Below, in pieces: positions 35,766-47,800 of a stretch of DNA of 64,000 bases. The position numbers and the translations under genes were made by a program. Under the pieces are notes generated by a model. It was not told the DNA's origin. It worked only from the letters and a program-made list of their open reading frames with translations, and did not search any database. The stretch covers positions 303,516 through 367,515 of the forward strand of contig NW_027192211.1 of NCBI RefSeq assembly GCF_041956535.1. Direction: 5' to 3'. Source of the DNA: Calcarisporiella thermophila CBS 279.70 (Eukaryota > Fungi > Calcarisporiellomycota). Position 1 is the stretch's first letter, and the number at the start of each line of letters is the position of its first letter.

Positions 35766-38370
35766 TTAATTTACTGCACTCTTCCACGGGAACAGCCGGT
35801 GCAAACTAGGGCGCTTGTCTAATGACTTGCTTCGGTGGTACGGGTAGGGCCGGCTGTCCTGGGCGAGGCTGGTGCTGGGCGGGGCGGGAGTGGGGCCCCA
35901 AGGTCGAGAGAGCAGGTAGGTGAGGGATTGCATCCAGATATCGTGCCTTTCCCGGGTGCGGACCGAGAATTTCAGCTCGCGCTGCGGCGTGCACACGACG
36001 ATGCACGAGGGAGGAAGCAGCTGGGAAGAGGGGGCATTCATGGCGACGGTGTGGATCGATTCGATAAAGGCTAAACGGGAAGGGGAAAGGGGGGAGAAAA
36101 GAAAATGAGATGGTCTTCACCAGGCCTCTAGAGTTAAAGGGCCCCACTCGACTTACCGCTCTTGACCGTGGCCTCCGAACTGCCCACCACACCAGGCTTC
36201 TGCTCGCTCCAATACAGAGTTCGAGTGTACGGGTGGACCCACACATATCGCAAGTGCCGCTTCGCCGTCGCAAATCCTTTCGTGTACTTCCAGAGGAACT
36301 CCCCCATCATGGTGGAGGTGATCGCGCGCAACACGCTGCGATCCAGCGACGCATTCTCGAAGCTGAGGGGTTCGCTCTGAAGTCGCTTTATTGCCACAGG
36401 CTTTTCGCTGCCTGATTGACCCGAGATAGCGCCCCTCTTTTGCCTCTCCTCCCGAGGCTCGGCCGTTCTCAAGGGAGGGGGTGATAAGGGCTGTCGCTCC
36501 GGAGAAAACAGGGGAAACCGCTCGCTCTCTTCCGATTTTGCGGACGATTTCGCGGTGGGAGGGTGCGAGGGTTCGTTGGGTCGTAGCGGAGCGACGTCAA
36601 TGGGGATCGGTTTATCCAAGCTCCTGGTGGGTTCGGAGCCAGTCTTCTCTCTTTGCCCTCTAGTGGGGGACTTTTTCGGGAGGGCGGGGGTGTCGAGCGG
36701 GGAGATCCACGCGTCCGACTTTTGCAAAAAATCAAAGTTCGGCGAATGCTCCCATCCCTTAGGCTCGTTGCGCGACAACAATGGCAGCGCACTCTTCCCC
36801 CCATTCTCCCCCTCGCAGCGCAAGGGGGAGATCGGGGACGGGGGCGCGATAAACTTGGACTCTTCCGACGGCAGTATGCGCACCACTCTAGCGGTTTTGC
36901 TGATGGAGTTGCTGAGGGAGAGCGGACGAATGCCCCGGCCACTTTCCCTCGGCTTAGCGTCCGACCTGCTGGAGGGAGGCGTGGGCAGCCCCTCGTGTCC
37001 GGCAAACAGGGGGAGCGGGCCATCTGTGTTTTTGCTGGTGGGCGTCGTAACTTCGATCGAGCTTGAGGACGGAGACGGCGATGAGGGCTGGTCGCCGGAC
37101 GCATCCGGGAGCGGCGAGAGGGGCGAGAGCGGAGGGAGCGCGCTTTGCCCTTGCAGGGCGGACAGCTCGGCAAACAGACTGCGTGCGATGAAGTCGCCCG
37201 CCGTTATCATGGCGTCGTATTCGGTGAGCGGGGGTAAAACGCTGGCGTCCAATTCGCCCTCCACGTCCATCAGGCTGTCTTCTTCCTCCTCTTCCTCGCC
37301 TTCTCTGCTCTCATGGCTGCCGCCGGGGGTGCCGGGTTCCTTTTCCCACTCTGCCAATTCCATGCTGCAGTAGGCCCGCTCATCGGCCAGCTCTTCGAAG
37401 TTGGCCACGATCTGGGAGACGGACCTTTGACGAGGCGGGATGGCGATGGGCGGGGCCCCAAGTCTCGGGTGGCCGCGCTTAAACTTGCGGATGTCGGTGC
37501 GAATATTGCGGCGGCGGATTCGTATCCGCTTCGGCAGCTTGGCATTGGAGGAGTGCGCCGCAGCAGCTGACTGCTGCGGCGAATTCAATCCACATGTGCA
37601 TCTTGGCGCGCTTAAAGTGGTGACGTCCGCGTTTGCCGCGGGTCCATCCTCACCCTTGGCGTCCGTCGAAGCCATTTCTGTGGTTGGCGCGACCTGTGTT
37701 GCAGAGGCAGCCCCATCCACGCCCGAAAGTTTCCCTAGTACGCCAGGCCGACCTATCATGGCCGGCCGTCCCTTTTCCTGGCGCGCTTTCTGAGCGTCGG
37801 CCATCGCCTCGTTGACTCTTGAGGAGAGGCCGCTGTTCTCCCTCTGCAGCGTCGTGACTTGTCTATGGAGTTTGGCGAGTTCGTGCTCATGCTTGGCATT
37901 GAGAGCCTCCATCTCCTCCTGGAGTCTCTCCTCGCGCTCCCGTGCGAGGTCCATCTGGTCGGACGCGGCAGCGACCAGCTCGCGCAGGCGGATCTGGTTG
38001 GCCTTTGAGAGCTCGGCGCTGCGCACCTGGTCCGCGAGCTGGGAGCGGACTTCCTCGAGCGAGATTTCGAGCGTCCAGACAAGCTCTTTGAGTTTCCCTG
38101 CAGGGGGATGAGGGGGGGAGAAGGCGTGTGTTAGCGGAATCGGGTTGGGGGAAGAAAACGGGCTGGGGGGGGGGGGCGGGCCTTACCTTCATTCAGCTCC
38201 TTCTGTTGTAGTTGTTTGGCCTGGATCTCATTGAGGGCATCCAGCTCAGCAATGCGGGTCTCCAGCTCGCGCAGGCGATGGTCCTGGGCGGGAGGATCGT
38301 TGCACTGGTCCCGAGGCCTTGGGTGCCTGGCGGGTGGCGAGGGGCGGGGGTAGAGTTTATCGCGGAGCAT
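35766..38370 (-). CDS. Cortical anchor protein with an N-terminal coiled coil and C-terminal Num1/Mcp5/ApsA-type PH domain, 3 exons
   Basis: RAITSTMMGEFLWKYTKG...RHLRYVWVHPYTRTLYWSEQKP...IVVCTPQRELKFSVRTRERHDIWMQSLTYL. Start codon is uncertain. Confidence 0.8.
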
Positions 38371-38609
38371 AATAGGGTTTAGAAGGAGGCAAACAAGCGA
38401 GGGCGAAGAGGAGAAGGAGGAGGACGAGGGGAGGCCGCGGCGGCGGGAGGCTGTGGTTCATAGGCAGGGCAGAATGCGGGCCGTAACAATATGAGGAAGT
38501 TTTATTAATGAAAGACGGGGAACTTGGTGTTTGAAACCGTTTGCTATTTCGCCTTGTTTCAATTTTGTTTAGAGCCGCGTAACAAGAGTTGGGACTGATG
38601 AGGCCCCGG

Positions 38610-38853
38610 CCAATGGCGCGCGCGCGCGCGCCCATAGGCCGGCGGGCTACAGCGAAACTCGTTTTCAATATAGCGGCAATCAATTTCCCATTTCCCCCAG
38701 GCTCGGCCCTGCGCGCCCATAGGCGGGCGGTTGCAATCAGGCCCGCCGCCCCGTCCCCAGCGATCGCTGCACCAGAGGGGCGAACTGTAATCCTCGCCCG
38801 ATCTCTGCCGCCCCCCTTGCGGTTGCAAAGGGAAATCATTAACTCCTTATAAG
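38610..38853. promoter_or_regulatory. Divergent GC-rich promoter: CCAAT, (GC)8 tract, 20-bp near-perfect direct repeat, TATAA at about 38848
   Basis: ccaatggcgcgcgcgcgcgcgccc; gcgcgcccataggc[c/g]ggcgg at 38626-38645 and 38711-38730. Confidence 0.5.
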
Positions 38854-39098
38854 GAAGGGGGTGCATATGGAAACTTGTTTTTTTTTCTGCTCTTCTGTCT
38901 CCCTTACAAAGGATTGGGGATGCGAAATGAGTGGAGGGAAAAAATAAACGCCTCTCCTACTCCAGCTCTCTTTCTCTCTTCGCTCGACGCTGTGTTTTCC
39001 CCTGCTTCTTTTCCCCCTTCTCTCTCTCCCCCTACTGATTGCCCGCCTAAGTGCCCTGCCCGCTCCCCCCATCAGCTCCCAGCATCCCCCCAAGCCTG

Positions 39099-40431
39099 AT
39101 GTACGCGTCTGCAAACTACAGCACGCTCTCGCTCCTCTCCTCGACCGCATCCTCCTCGCCATACCAGCGGCCGCACCCCGCTCCCAACGCCCTCACACAC
39201 TACTCGCTGTCCGCAGCCAGCTCGCCAATGTACCTCCAAAATCCCGCCTCCGCCTCAGCCCTCTCCGCGCGCCCCTCCTCGCCCCAGCTGACCCAGCAGC
39301 AGCAGCACCACCCGGATCCCCTCGCCACCGACTCCTACAAATCGCACCCAGCCTACTCCGCCCTCACCCCCGCGTACTACCCGTGGAATTCGGCCCACCT
39401 GTCGTGGTCCTCGGCAACATGCGCGGCCGCCGCCGGGGGCGCCGCCGGCGGAATGGTCTCGGGAATGACGATGCATGCGCCCCCTCCAAAGCCGCGCCTG
39501 ACAACCACCGTCTGGGAGGACGAGGGCACCTACTGCTACCAGGTCGACGCGCGCTCGGTGGCCGTGACCCGTCGAGAGGGTAAGTGGAGCTGAGACGCTC
39601 GGCTGACTCCCCCCCCTTCCCCACTTGTACTAACCCATCCTCTCCCGCCTTGCCTTCGCCCGCGCAGACAACGACATGGTCAACGGGACAAAGCTCTTGA
39701 ACGTGGTCGGGATGTCGCGCGGGAAGCGCGACGGCATCCTCAAAAACGAAAAGGGGCGCGTGGTGGTCAAGGTCGGGGCAATGCACCTCAAGGGCGTGTG
39801 GATCACCCTGGAGCGCGCCCGCTACCTCGCCCACCAGTACAAGATCGAGGACGTGATCTACCCCCTGCTCACCGACGACCCGAAGCCGTTCGTCCAGATC
39901 TCTTACCCGTACGTGCGCGCAACGCTGGGCTCTGCCGCGGCCGGGGGCTGGCCGAGAGCCTACCTGCCCTCGTCCGGAGTCGCGGCCCAGATGCCCTCGA
40001 TCAATGGCTGCTACTCGCAGCCGGGGGCCACCATGCCCGCCGCCGTCTCCTACCCCTACTCCTACGCCCACGCTCAGCCGACCCACGCGTATCCATCGCC
40101 CATGTCGGCCTCGCCCGCCAGCAGCGCCTACACCTCCCCTAACCATCACCACCACCACCACCCCCAGCAGCATCACCAGGACCATGAGCTCAGGTCGCAT
40201 TTGCTAGATAGTCACCCCCAGCAGCAGCAGCAGCAGCAGCAACAGAAGCAACAAAACCCAACCACAAAACAACCATCGCAACCACAGCAACCACAACCGC
40301 AGCAGCAGCAGCAGCAGCAGCATTCAAAATCGCATTCAAAGGAGATGGCCACTCCCTCGTGTCTCATGGCCTCCACCCCCGTAGCTCAACACAACCAGCC
40401 ATCTGTAAATACTATCCCTCATTGTTATTAA
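39099..40431 (+). CDS. stuA: APSES transcription factor, StuA/Sok2/Phd1/Efg1 family, 2 exons
   Basis: [81 protein letters not shown]; polyH/polyQ tail. Confidence 0.93.
40219..40320 (+). repeat. CAG microsatellites (polyQ) in the APSES gene
   Basis: Two (cag)n runs are visible. Confidence 0.85.
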
Positions 40432-40871
40432 TTTTCATTGTGCGTGTGGATTAATAGGGCTTTGCGTGATGTCGTCCACGTTTTCTCTTCTCTTTATGAT
40501 ATGGATTCTAATCTCTTTTATTTTTTATATACAAGTATATAGTATATACCTTATTGTTTACTATTCCCCCCTCCTCACACTTGTCCCTTTCTTGACTTTG
40601 TCTTTTTTTCTTTTTTCTTGTGTGTGCGATATTCTAGATATCCTTAGATAACCAATAAAAGTCGTCTGGATATGATTCGGCCCTCGAGTGGGAGAGGAAG
40701 GGGGTTGGCTAAGCTGTGGTTTGGTTTCTGACCAAGGGGGAATTTACAAAAAAGCGATGAATGACAAATAGAGAATAAATAATGCAGCAACGGGGGAGAG
40801 AGGATGCAAGCTGATGCAATGCAGAGGAGGGAAAAAAAAAATGTTGCCCTAACCGGACGAAAATGCTAACC

Positions 40872-42898
40872 TCATTCCATGCCCTTAGCATACGGGAAGA
40901 CCTGGTGGTCGTAGAGCAGCTTTCCATCGGGCCCGTAGTGGAACTTCTCGTAGCACTCCTCGCAGAAGTAGGTGGGGGTCTCGCCCGCCGGTATGTCGTT
41001 GACCGTGATATAGCTGGAGCGGCGAGGAAATAAAAAAAAAGAACGGGTCAGCCCCCTGGAAAAGGCATGGCGCCCAAAACAGAGGAGTGTTCACTGCACT
41101 TACTTAGCAGGGAAGATCTGGCATTGTCTGCATTTGGGCCGGAATGCCCTGCAGCGAAATAGCTGCCGTGGGTAGGATTTCAAACGTTGATCGTCCTGTT
41201 TGTTCAGGAGGCGGACCTGGCGGAACGTCACGATGTGCTCACACTCGCCCTGGTGCATCAGCACATAGGGATAGTGGAGGCGGATGGCCAGGTCGACGAA
41301 TTTGGTCTCGCCCATCACCCGCGCCTCGGGGGCAAGGCCCCCGTAGAAGACGGACCGCGACTCCCGCTTCAGCCACTCGATAATCGGCCTAGCCAAAGAA
41401 AAAAAAAACAGTCAGTCCGGCCTTCAGAAAAGCCTTTGGGGGGAGGGGGGTGGGAAGAAGGCGAAAAGGGAAGGCGTGGACCTACTTGCTGTAGTCCTGC
41501 GCTTGAGCATAGCGAAGGTCGTTGTAGAACACGTTTTCAACACACAGGAACGACGAGGACACCTTGCGTCGCTGGGTGTTGATCGAGGCTTGGTGTGGAT
41601 CGGACACGAGAAAGTCCGACACGCAGGCCATCGCATCCCGGAGAACGGTGAGGGGCTGCTCCCCGAGGATCTCGAATCTCTGGAGAAGCGTGCCTGGGCG
41701 ATTCGCCACGTCAATATCCACTGTCAGCACCAGGTCGGGGGCCGTGACGTGCTCGTCTGAAGTTTGGATGGACACGTCCTAAGGGAAGGGGGGAAAAGTT
41801 GGCGCCTTGAGGAGTCCACTGCATCATAGGTTTGATTTACCTGCTTAAACACGGGTGCAAAATTCATCCCTAACCGCCGCCTTCCACTCAACACGACCCT
41901 ACTCTCCCGCCTAAAGAGGATGGCGGCTATGTTCAGTATTTCCAGGCTCCACACCAACAAATACAAGCTTCATCTCACTTTAAAGTTTGAAGAGACGATT
42001 GATCAAGCGTCTTGATCATCTCCAGATACTTTCGTTCGACATCGGTCAAAGCCTCTGACTGCTTCCTCGACGGCTCCTCCCCCTCGACCGCGGAAACTTG
42101 GCTTAGTAAATGGATCCCCGAGGGGGTATTGCCGGCTTCAGGCGGGTCCGAGCTGCTGTTCCCCTGGCCTAAAGACACACGTGAATGAAATCCACCCCTC
42201 CGTCACCATCATGCTCAAGTAGATTATACTGACCCTCGCCCTGCTTGGAAAACTTCATCAGCAAGGCCGGCACTTTGGAGGTCGACTCGCGCGTATACCG
42301 CCGCAGAACTTCCCCCCATTCATTCTCCGGCAGCGGAGGCTGTTGGAGCTCACTGTCCCACTCGTCATTCTCGTCCGCCTCTCCAGCAACCTCGGTTAGG
42401 TCATTTCGCGCATTCTCCTCTCCCCCAACCCCCCTACGAAGATTGTCTGGACGCTGTCCACTCTCACTCTCTGCTCTGCCCTCACTCAGACCTTCTCGCT
42501 GGACACCGTGCACCGCAGCTGAGTTTGCACTGGAGCCTGCATTCAGGCTTGCAGTCATGGGGCGGCCCCGCTTTGCTCTCGTGATCTTCTTCTCCTCCAT
42601 GTCCATGTCGTGCCGCTGCCGCAGCAAGGAATACATCATCGGATCACTGAAGATCTGCTTCGTCTTCATAATCTGCTCTCGGACACTATAAATTTGCGTG
42701 ATTGCCTGATTAAACTCGATGAATTGTCATAATTTTCTTTTTCACGGTAGCTTACTCGAACCGCATCTCTCCACCAATGCTGTTGAGCCGATCCAGCTGG
42801 CCGCGGAATGGATCGCTGGCATCCTGGGACACAGAGAGGGTGTTCAGCTCCTGGAGCACCTCGCGGAGATGGAGAAGGGCTTGGATCTCCTGCGTCAT
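40872..42898 (-). CDS. SNAPC3: snRNA-activating protein complex subunit 3 (SNAP50/SNAPC3); 5' end uncertain (may extend to about 43065)
   Basis: QPLTVLRDAMACVSD; SSFLCVENVFYNDLR; MGETKFVDLAIRLHYPYVLMHQGECEHIVTF; CRQCQIFPA; PTYFCEECYEKFHY (SNAP50 Zn fingers). Confidence 0.87.
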
Positions 42899-43411
42899 AG
42901 TGGGCGATGTTCCTAAGAAAACCTCAAATCTCCTATGGGTCAAATCGTAAAAATTTGGCGTGACTTGTTTTTCCTCATTGTACAGATGAAAATGTTTCGT
43001 CTAATTTTCAACTCTTTTCTTCCCAACTTTGAGAGAAATAGGGAAAGGCTTTGACAGCCAAGCATCCATGATAATTGCACTGCACGCACAAAAAAAGAGA
43101 AAATTATATGATATCGAATGAAAAAACGAACTCGCCCCATCAAGAGCAGATATCGCGTTTGCGACCAATGGAGGGAACGAGTTATTCAGGGGGGCGAGCG
43201 CCACTCCATACAGAGTGCCGTACTCTACTAACTCAGCGAGGGAGGAGGGAACGCGTCATTTTCTATTTATTACTCGACCGAGCCAAAAACAGGCATCTCC
43301 AAGGCCATTGGAAGCATCGGCCACCTCGCAAAAGAGAATTTATGCACTATAATCTGTATATTATAACCATGAAAAGACACACATTTACACACACGATGTC
43401 ATCTCACTACA

Positions 43412-44468
43412 TCAAGCAGTTGAACCGCCATTCTGTATTTGTTGCGAGGCGGCAGCACCTTCTGTGGTAGGAGCGGCAGATATCGGGGTGGGTGACTATG
43501 GAAAACAGAGAAATACGGATCAGCCATCGGGAAACCTCCACGAAAACAATTGGAGGAAAGGATACTGACATCGGTTTGCATATATGAGTCCATCTCCGCA
43601 TCCAGCTCCTCAGCCGATTTTGTCGGCCGAGTGCTAACGGCACCTCTCGCGCCGCGCCCGCCCCGGAATCCACCGCGCATTCCTCCACGCCCTGCTCTTG
43701 ATGCAATTCCTCCCCGCGGTATGAAGCCATTGTTCTGCAACCCGGCCTGAGGCGTACTTGACAAAGTATTTGCTGCTGCTTGCCCTGGATTTAGCACGAT
43801 TTCGATTTTCATGGGCCGGCCTGTTTAGGAGGGGGACACGAGCAAAAGGTTAGAGCTAACTAGAGCTTGCCTAAGGATGGATCATTACCATCGAGTGTGA
43901 CGTTATGGAACTTTTGGAACGCTCGAGAGGCATCAACGGAGCGTGCAAACACAATGGCGGCTGTGCCCTTGCTCTGTCCGCTCTGGTCAAAGTTCAGGGT
44001 CACCTTCCGCAAGGGCCCAATTTGGGTTCCAAAGAGCTCCTACAGAAGAAACACGGTGAGATGCCCAGTTATGACGCATTGAATCATGTCTCTGTCCTCA
44101 TGGAACATCCTTGAAGGAGATGTCGCCCTCCGGCTCACCTTGAGATCCTGCTCTGTCACGTTAAAATGGAGATTGGAAATAAAGATTTTGGATCCTGGAT
44201 CGTTTTGTCCTCCTGCCATCCCCGCTACTCCCCCCATGGCATAGTGCGGTGTCATGTATGCAGTCCTAGCTGCACCGTAAGGAGTCGGGCGCGTGTAACG
44301 CTTGTTCACCCCGCCGCGCACAAATCCACCTCCTCTTCCTCCAAACCCACCTCGATTGGGCACAAACCCACGGCCGCGACCTCGGATGTTAGTGCGGGGC
44401 TGTGAGGAGATGATATCATCAAGGGACATGTCGAGGGCTGCATTGCTGTTGGAACTCGGTGTAGTCAT
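43412..44468 (-). CDS. YRA1: mRNA export adaptor Yra1/Mlo3/ALYREF (REF-N, RRM, REF-C)
   Basis: LDMSLDDII; RGG region; SKIFISNLHFNVTEQDLKELF; TLDGRPMKIEIV; KSAEELDAEMDSYM. Confidence 0.93.
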
Positions 44469-44817
44469 GACTTAATGTTGGGAGAATGGTGGGGATCGAA
44501 TGGTGAAGGGAGATCGTGCTCCTTGTATAGCTAATGAAGAAGAACAAAGAGAATGGCTGCGCCTCAAACCGGTCCTGGATCTCCGCTAGGAGATAAACTA
44601 TGACAGGATCGTGTGGCCTTTTTCCAGATGTCTACTGCCCTATTACGGTCAGAAAAAGGAGGCCGCCTTAAAAGAGAGAGTCCACGATATGGCGGGATAA
44701 ACAAATGTGGGAGGGGCATCCGAATTCGAAAACGTAAATGTTGCTTTTGGCGTTTTATTGTTGAAAAAAAATAAAAAACATCGTGTTCGTGGCAACAACA
44801 TATTATGTACAGGACTT

Positions 44818-47800
44818 TTATACATTAAACGACATGACGGCATCGCCCACATGCAGCCGGACGCTCTTCTCTCCGGCCCACTCGAAACGCACCGACTGAA
44901 GCAGCGTGGGCACGTACTTGCACGTGTTCTCCTGCGTCTCCCCAAAGTTAAACGTGAAATTCTGCGCTGGCTTCTGGACGGAGCTGAGCAGCGATGCGGC
45001 GCCCGTGGCGCTGGCAAACACCCCGAGGAGTCCGACGCTGAGGTGCCAAATGCACACCCGGCCCTCCTCCACCGAGCACGAGACCACGATTTTACCGTCG
45101 GCGGAAAACGAGACGGCGGCCACAGCGCGTGCATGGTCCTCGAGAATGGCCCAGCGCGTGGCGGAGCGCAGATCGAACACCACCACCGCGCCCTCGAGCG
45201 TCCCGACCGCGAGGCGCTGCGACCCCTTGTGGAAGTCGACGAAGGGGTAAGTTCGCACCATATCATGCAGCACGACGGACGTGGGCTGGAGCACGGCCTC
45301 GCGCATGCCGGGGGTGTTTGGGTCGAGCGACCTGACAACAGACTCCGCGATCTGGAGGACGCTCCCGAACAGGACCACCGGCTTTTTCCGCACCAGCATC
45401 GAGAGTAACCTCATGTTGAGCACCTGCTCGGCGGGATTCTTCGTCACCAAAAGATCGTGGATCAGGGTGGGCAGAAATAACTCCGGGGTAATCTGCGCTA
45501 TCTGCAAAATGGCCAGCCGAGCCACGCGGACGACGGCGGCCTCTGTCGGGGAGAGCGAGTCGGGGTGCTGATCGTTGGCAAGCGAGAATAGAGTGCGGAT
45601 GACCTCGCCCGCTTTAAGGTGGGGTTCCCACGTTGCAAAGCCGCGAGAAAGCAGTTCGATGGCGGGAATGCGCCAAGAAGATTTCGAGTCGTCGCTGAGG
45701 AGTATCATAAGGGAAAGGGCTACGGCTTTACGTGTACTAACAAGAGGAGGGGGAGGGGGATACAAAAGAATAAAAAAATCGTTAGAATCAAGTGCAAAGT
45801 GGAAGGTGAATGGAATGAGGGGGAAGTGTGGGAGGAGGGGGGTACCCCAAACATACTCTTTAGGAAGCACTGATGGATAGTCCGCACCCATGATCCCCAA
45901 TATAATGGTTGACCGCAGCATATATTGTGGGGATGCGGATGAGACCGCAGGCAGGTACTCCTCCCAACTGCGCACGGTCTTGTTTTGCTCCTCCTCCGTC
46001 ATCTTTGACAATGAGGCGATAAACAGGGATCGCGCCGCCTCTTGGATATCGGATTGCGGATCCTGCCAATATTTCGCAAGTTGGGCCAGGGCGGGTAATC
46101 GGTAAGCGGGGCCGACGGAGTCCGGCAGCAGGCTACCATAGTGGGTCATGAGTTGGCTCGAGTAGGGCTCAAGCCCTTGGACGGAAAGAAGGGACCGGGT
46201 CACCGCTATGATTGAGAGAAGGCGCATCGCAGACATGTTACCTGACACGCACCAGCACGCTTTTCCATCAGCATAGCACGGCGACAGGACAGAGAAATAG
46301 CCATTAGCTCTAATAAAAATATAACAAAACCACCTTGAGCATCCCACAGGAAATGATTGAGCATGTGGAAAAGGCCGGATTTACCCCCGAAGGCCAACTG
46401 TGACCGTGCGGGATGGCCGTGTGATGGATAACTTTTCACTGCATATCTTGTCCACCTCTTCGTCGGTATTCCAAGTCACCAGGGCGGACACTAGTGCACG
46501 TAAGGTCTGTGACTCCGTCGTTTGGGTCTGTTTCGACGCTGCGACCATTAATCCTGTGGCGGAAGGAGGGACCACGGAGGAGGATGTCGTCGGGAGAGAG
46601 GGTGCCTCAGTCTCCTGCGAATGGTTGGCTTCTGGAGCAGAAACGCTGATTTCGCTCTCCTCACTGGGCGAACCCGGGTGCATGGAGCCTTGGTAGATGG
46701 CAGAAATTAGATTTTTGATGTTCACGAGCAGGACAGTAGGTTGAGAGATGGGCATGAGGCTTGCAATGGATTGGCGCAAACTTGCTTTCTCGTCTCTTTG
46801 ACCGAGCGTACTAAACACAACAATATCGGTCGATAAATCACCCCATTGTTTAACTACATGGTGGTGGTCCCTTTAACGCTATCAGCTACATACCTCATCG
46901 GCCACTTAGTATCGTTTAAAATATCTGCTGCGGTGGCACCGTTCACCACGCGGTTAAGATGCGCCGTCTGCAACTCCCAAATAAAGGCGGTCCCATCCTC
47001 GTACATGAGCGCCAGAAAATCCTCGTCTATTCTCCATTGAATGGTGCGAGGTGGGTAAGGATGCCCCGGGAATAAATATAAACAACTCATCTCCTCGAGA
47101 GAGATGATCGACACGGAATGGTCCTCTGCAATGGCCACCACACAGCCCTTCAGCCGGGGGCTGAGGCCCTCGGTCGGCGCCTGTAGCAATTTCACAATTG
47201 GATAGGCGTGATGCCACAGGGTCGTGTGGGTCTCACTCCCCAAGCTCCAAACCCGTAGACCATCCCCCCCAGACACCAAGTACTGGTCCTCCCCACATGA
47301 ATTCTCGTCATCCCTGTTCCTCTTACCAAGCTCGGTGGCAATTGCATTTGCACTCGAATCTTTGTCCCCACACCAGAGTAAGCAGTTGACTTGACGCGTG
47401 TGGCCCCGCAACCGACGCACGCTACTGGAGAAAGCCATCCGACTAAAATTAGGGCCCTGAGCCTCAAAGTTGGTAAAAATCTGTGAAATAGGCAAAATGA
47501 GGATGTCGCCTGTATCTAAATCATGGGTCACCCACGTCAAAGGGAAGGGCAAAGTTAGGCTCAGCGACGGAGAGTTCTGCAGTAGCAGGAGAGCATCCAT
47601 ACCATAACCATACGCCATGAATTTCTCGGAAATCATGGCGGTTGAGGTTATCTTTGGACCCGCGTGTTTTTCCAGTGGCCATAGATCTGATAGCAGCTTT
47701 GCTAATCACCGAACACAAATGTTAGCACAAGGATTGCGTGAATAGATCAATGGGTGAGGCATTTTATAAACCTTGAGGGGCATATTTATTATCGTGTTCA

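Noticed and set aside
34229-37800. Long antisense or alternate-frame ORFs (e.g. 34327-34839, 36555-37373; also 13299-14162 and 39364-40200)
   Set aside because: They are shadows of GC-rich or repetitive real CDS, with no independent motifs.
43495-43570. U12-type donor GTATCCTTT in the last YRA1 intron
   Set aside because: It lies 4 nt inside a normal GTCAGT donor that gives a sensible frame. There is no TCCTTAAC branch site, and a U2-type GCTGAT is present.
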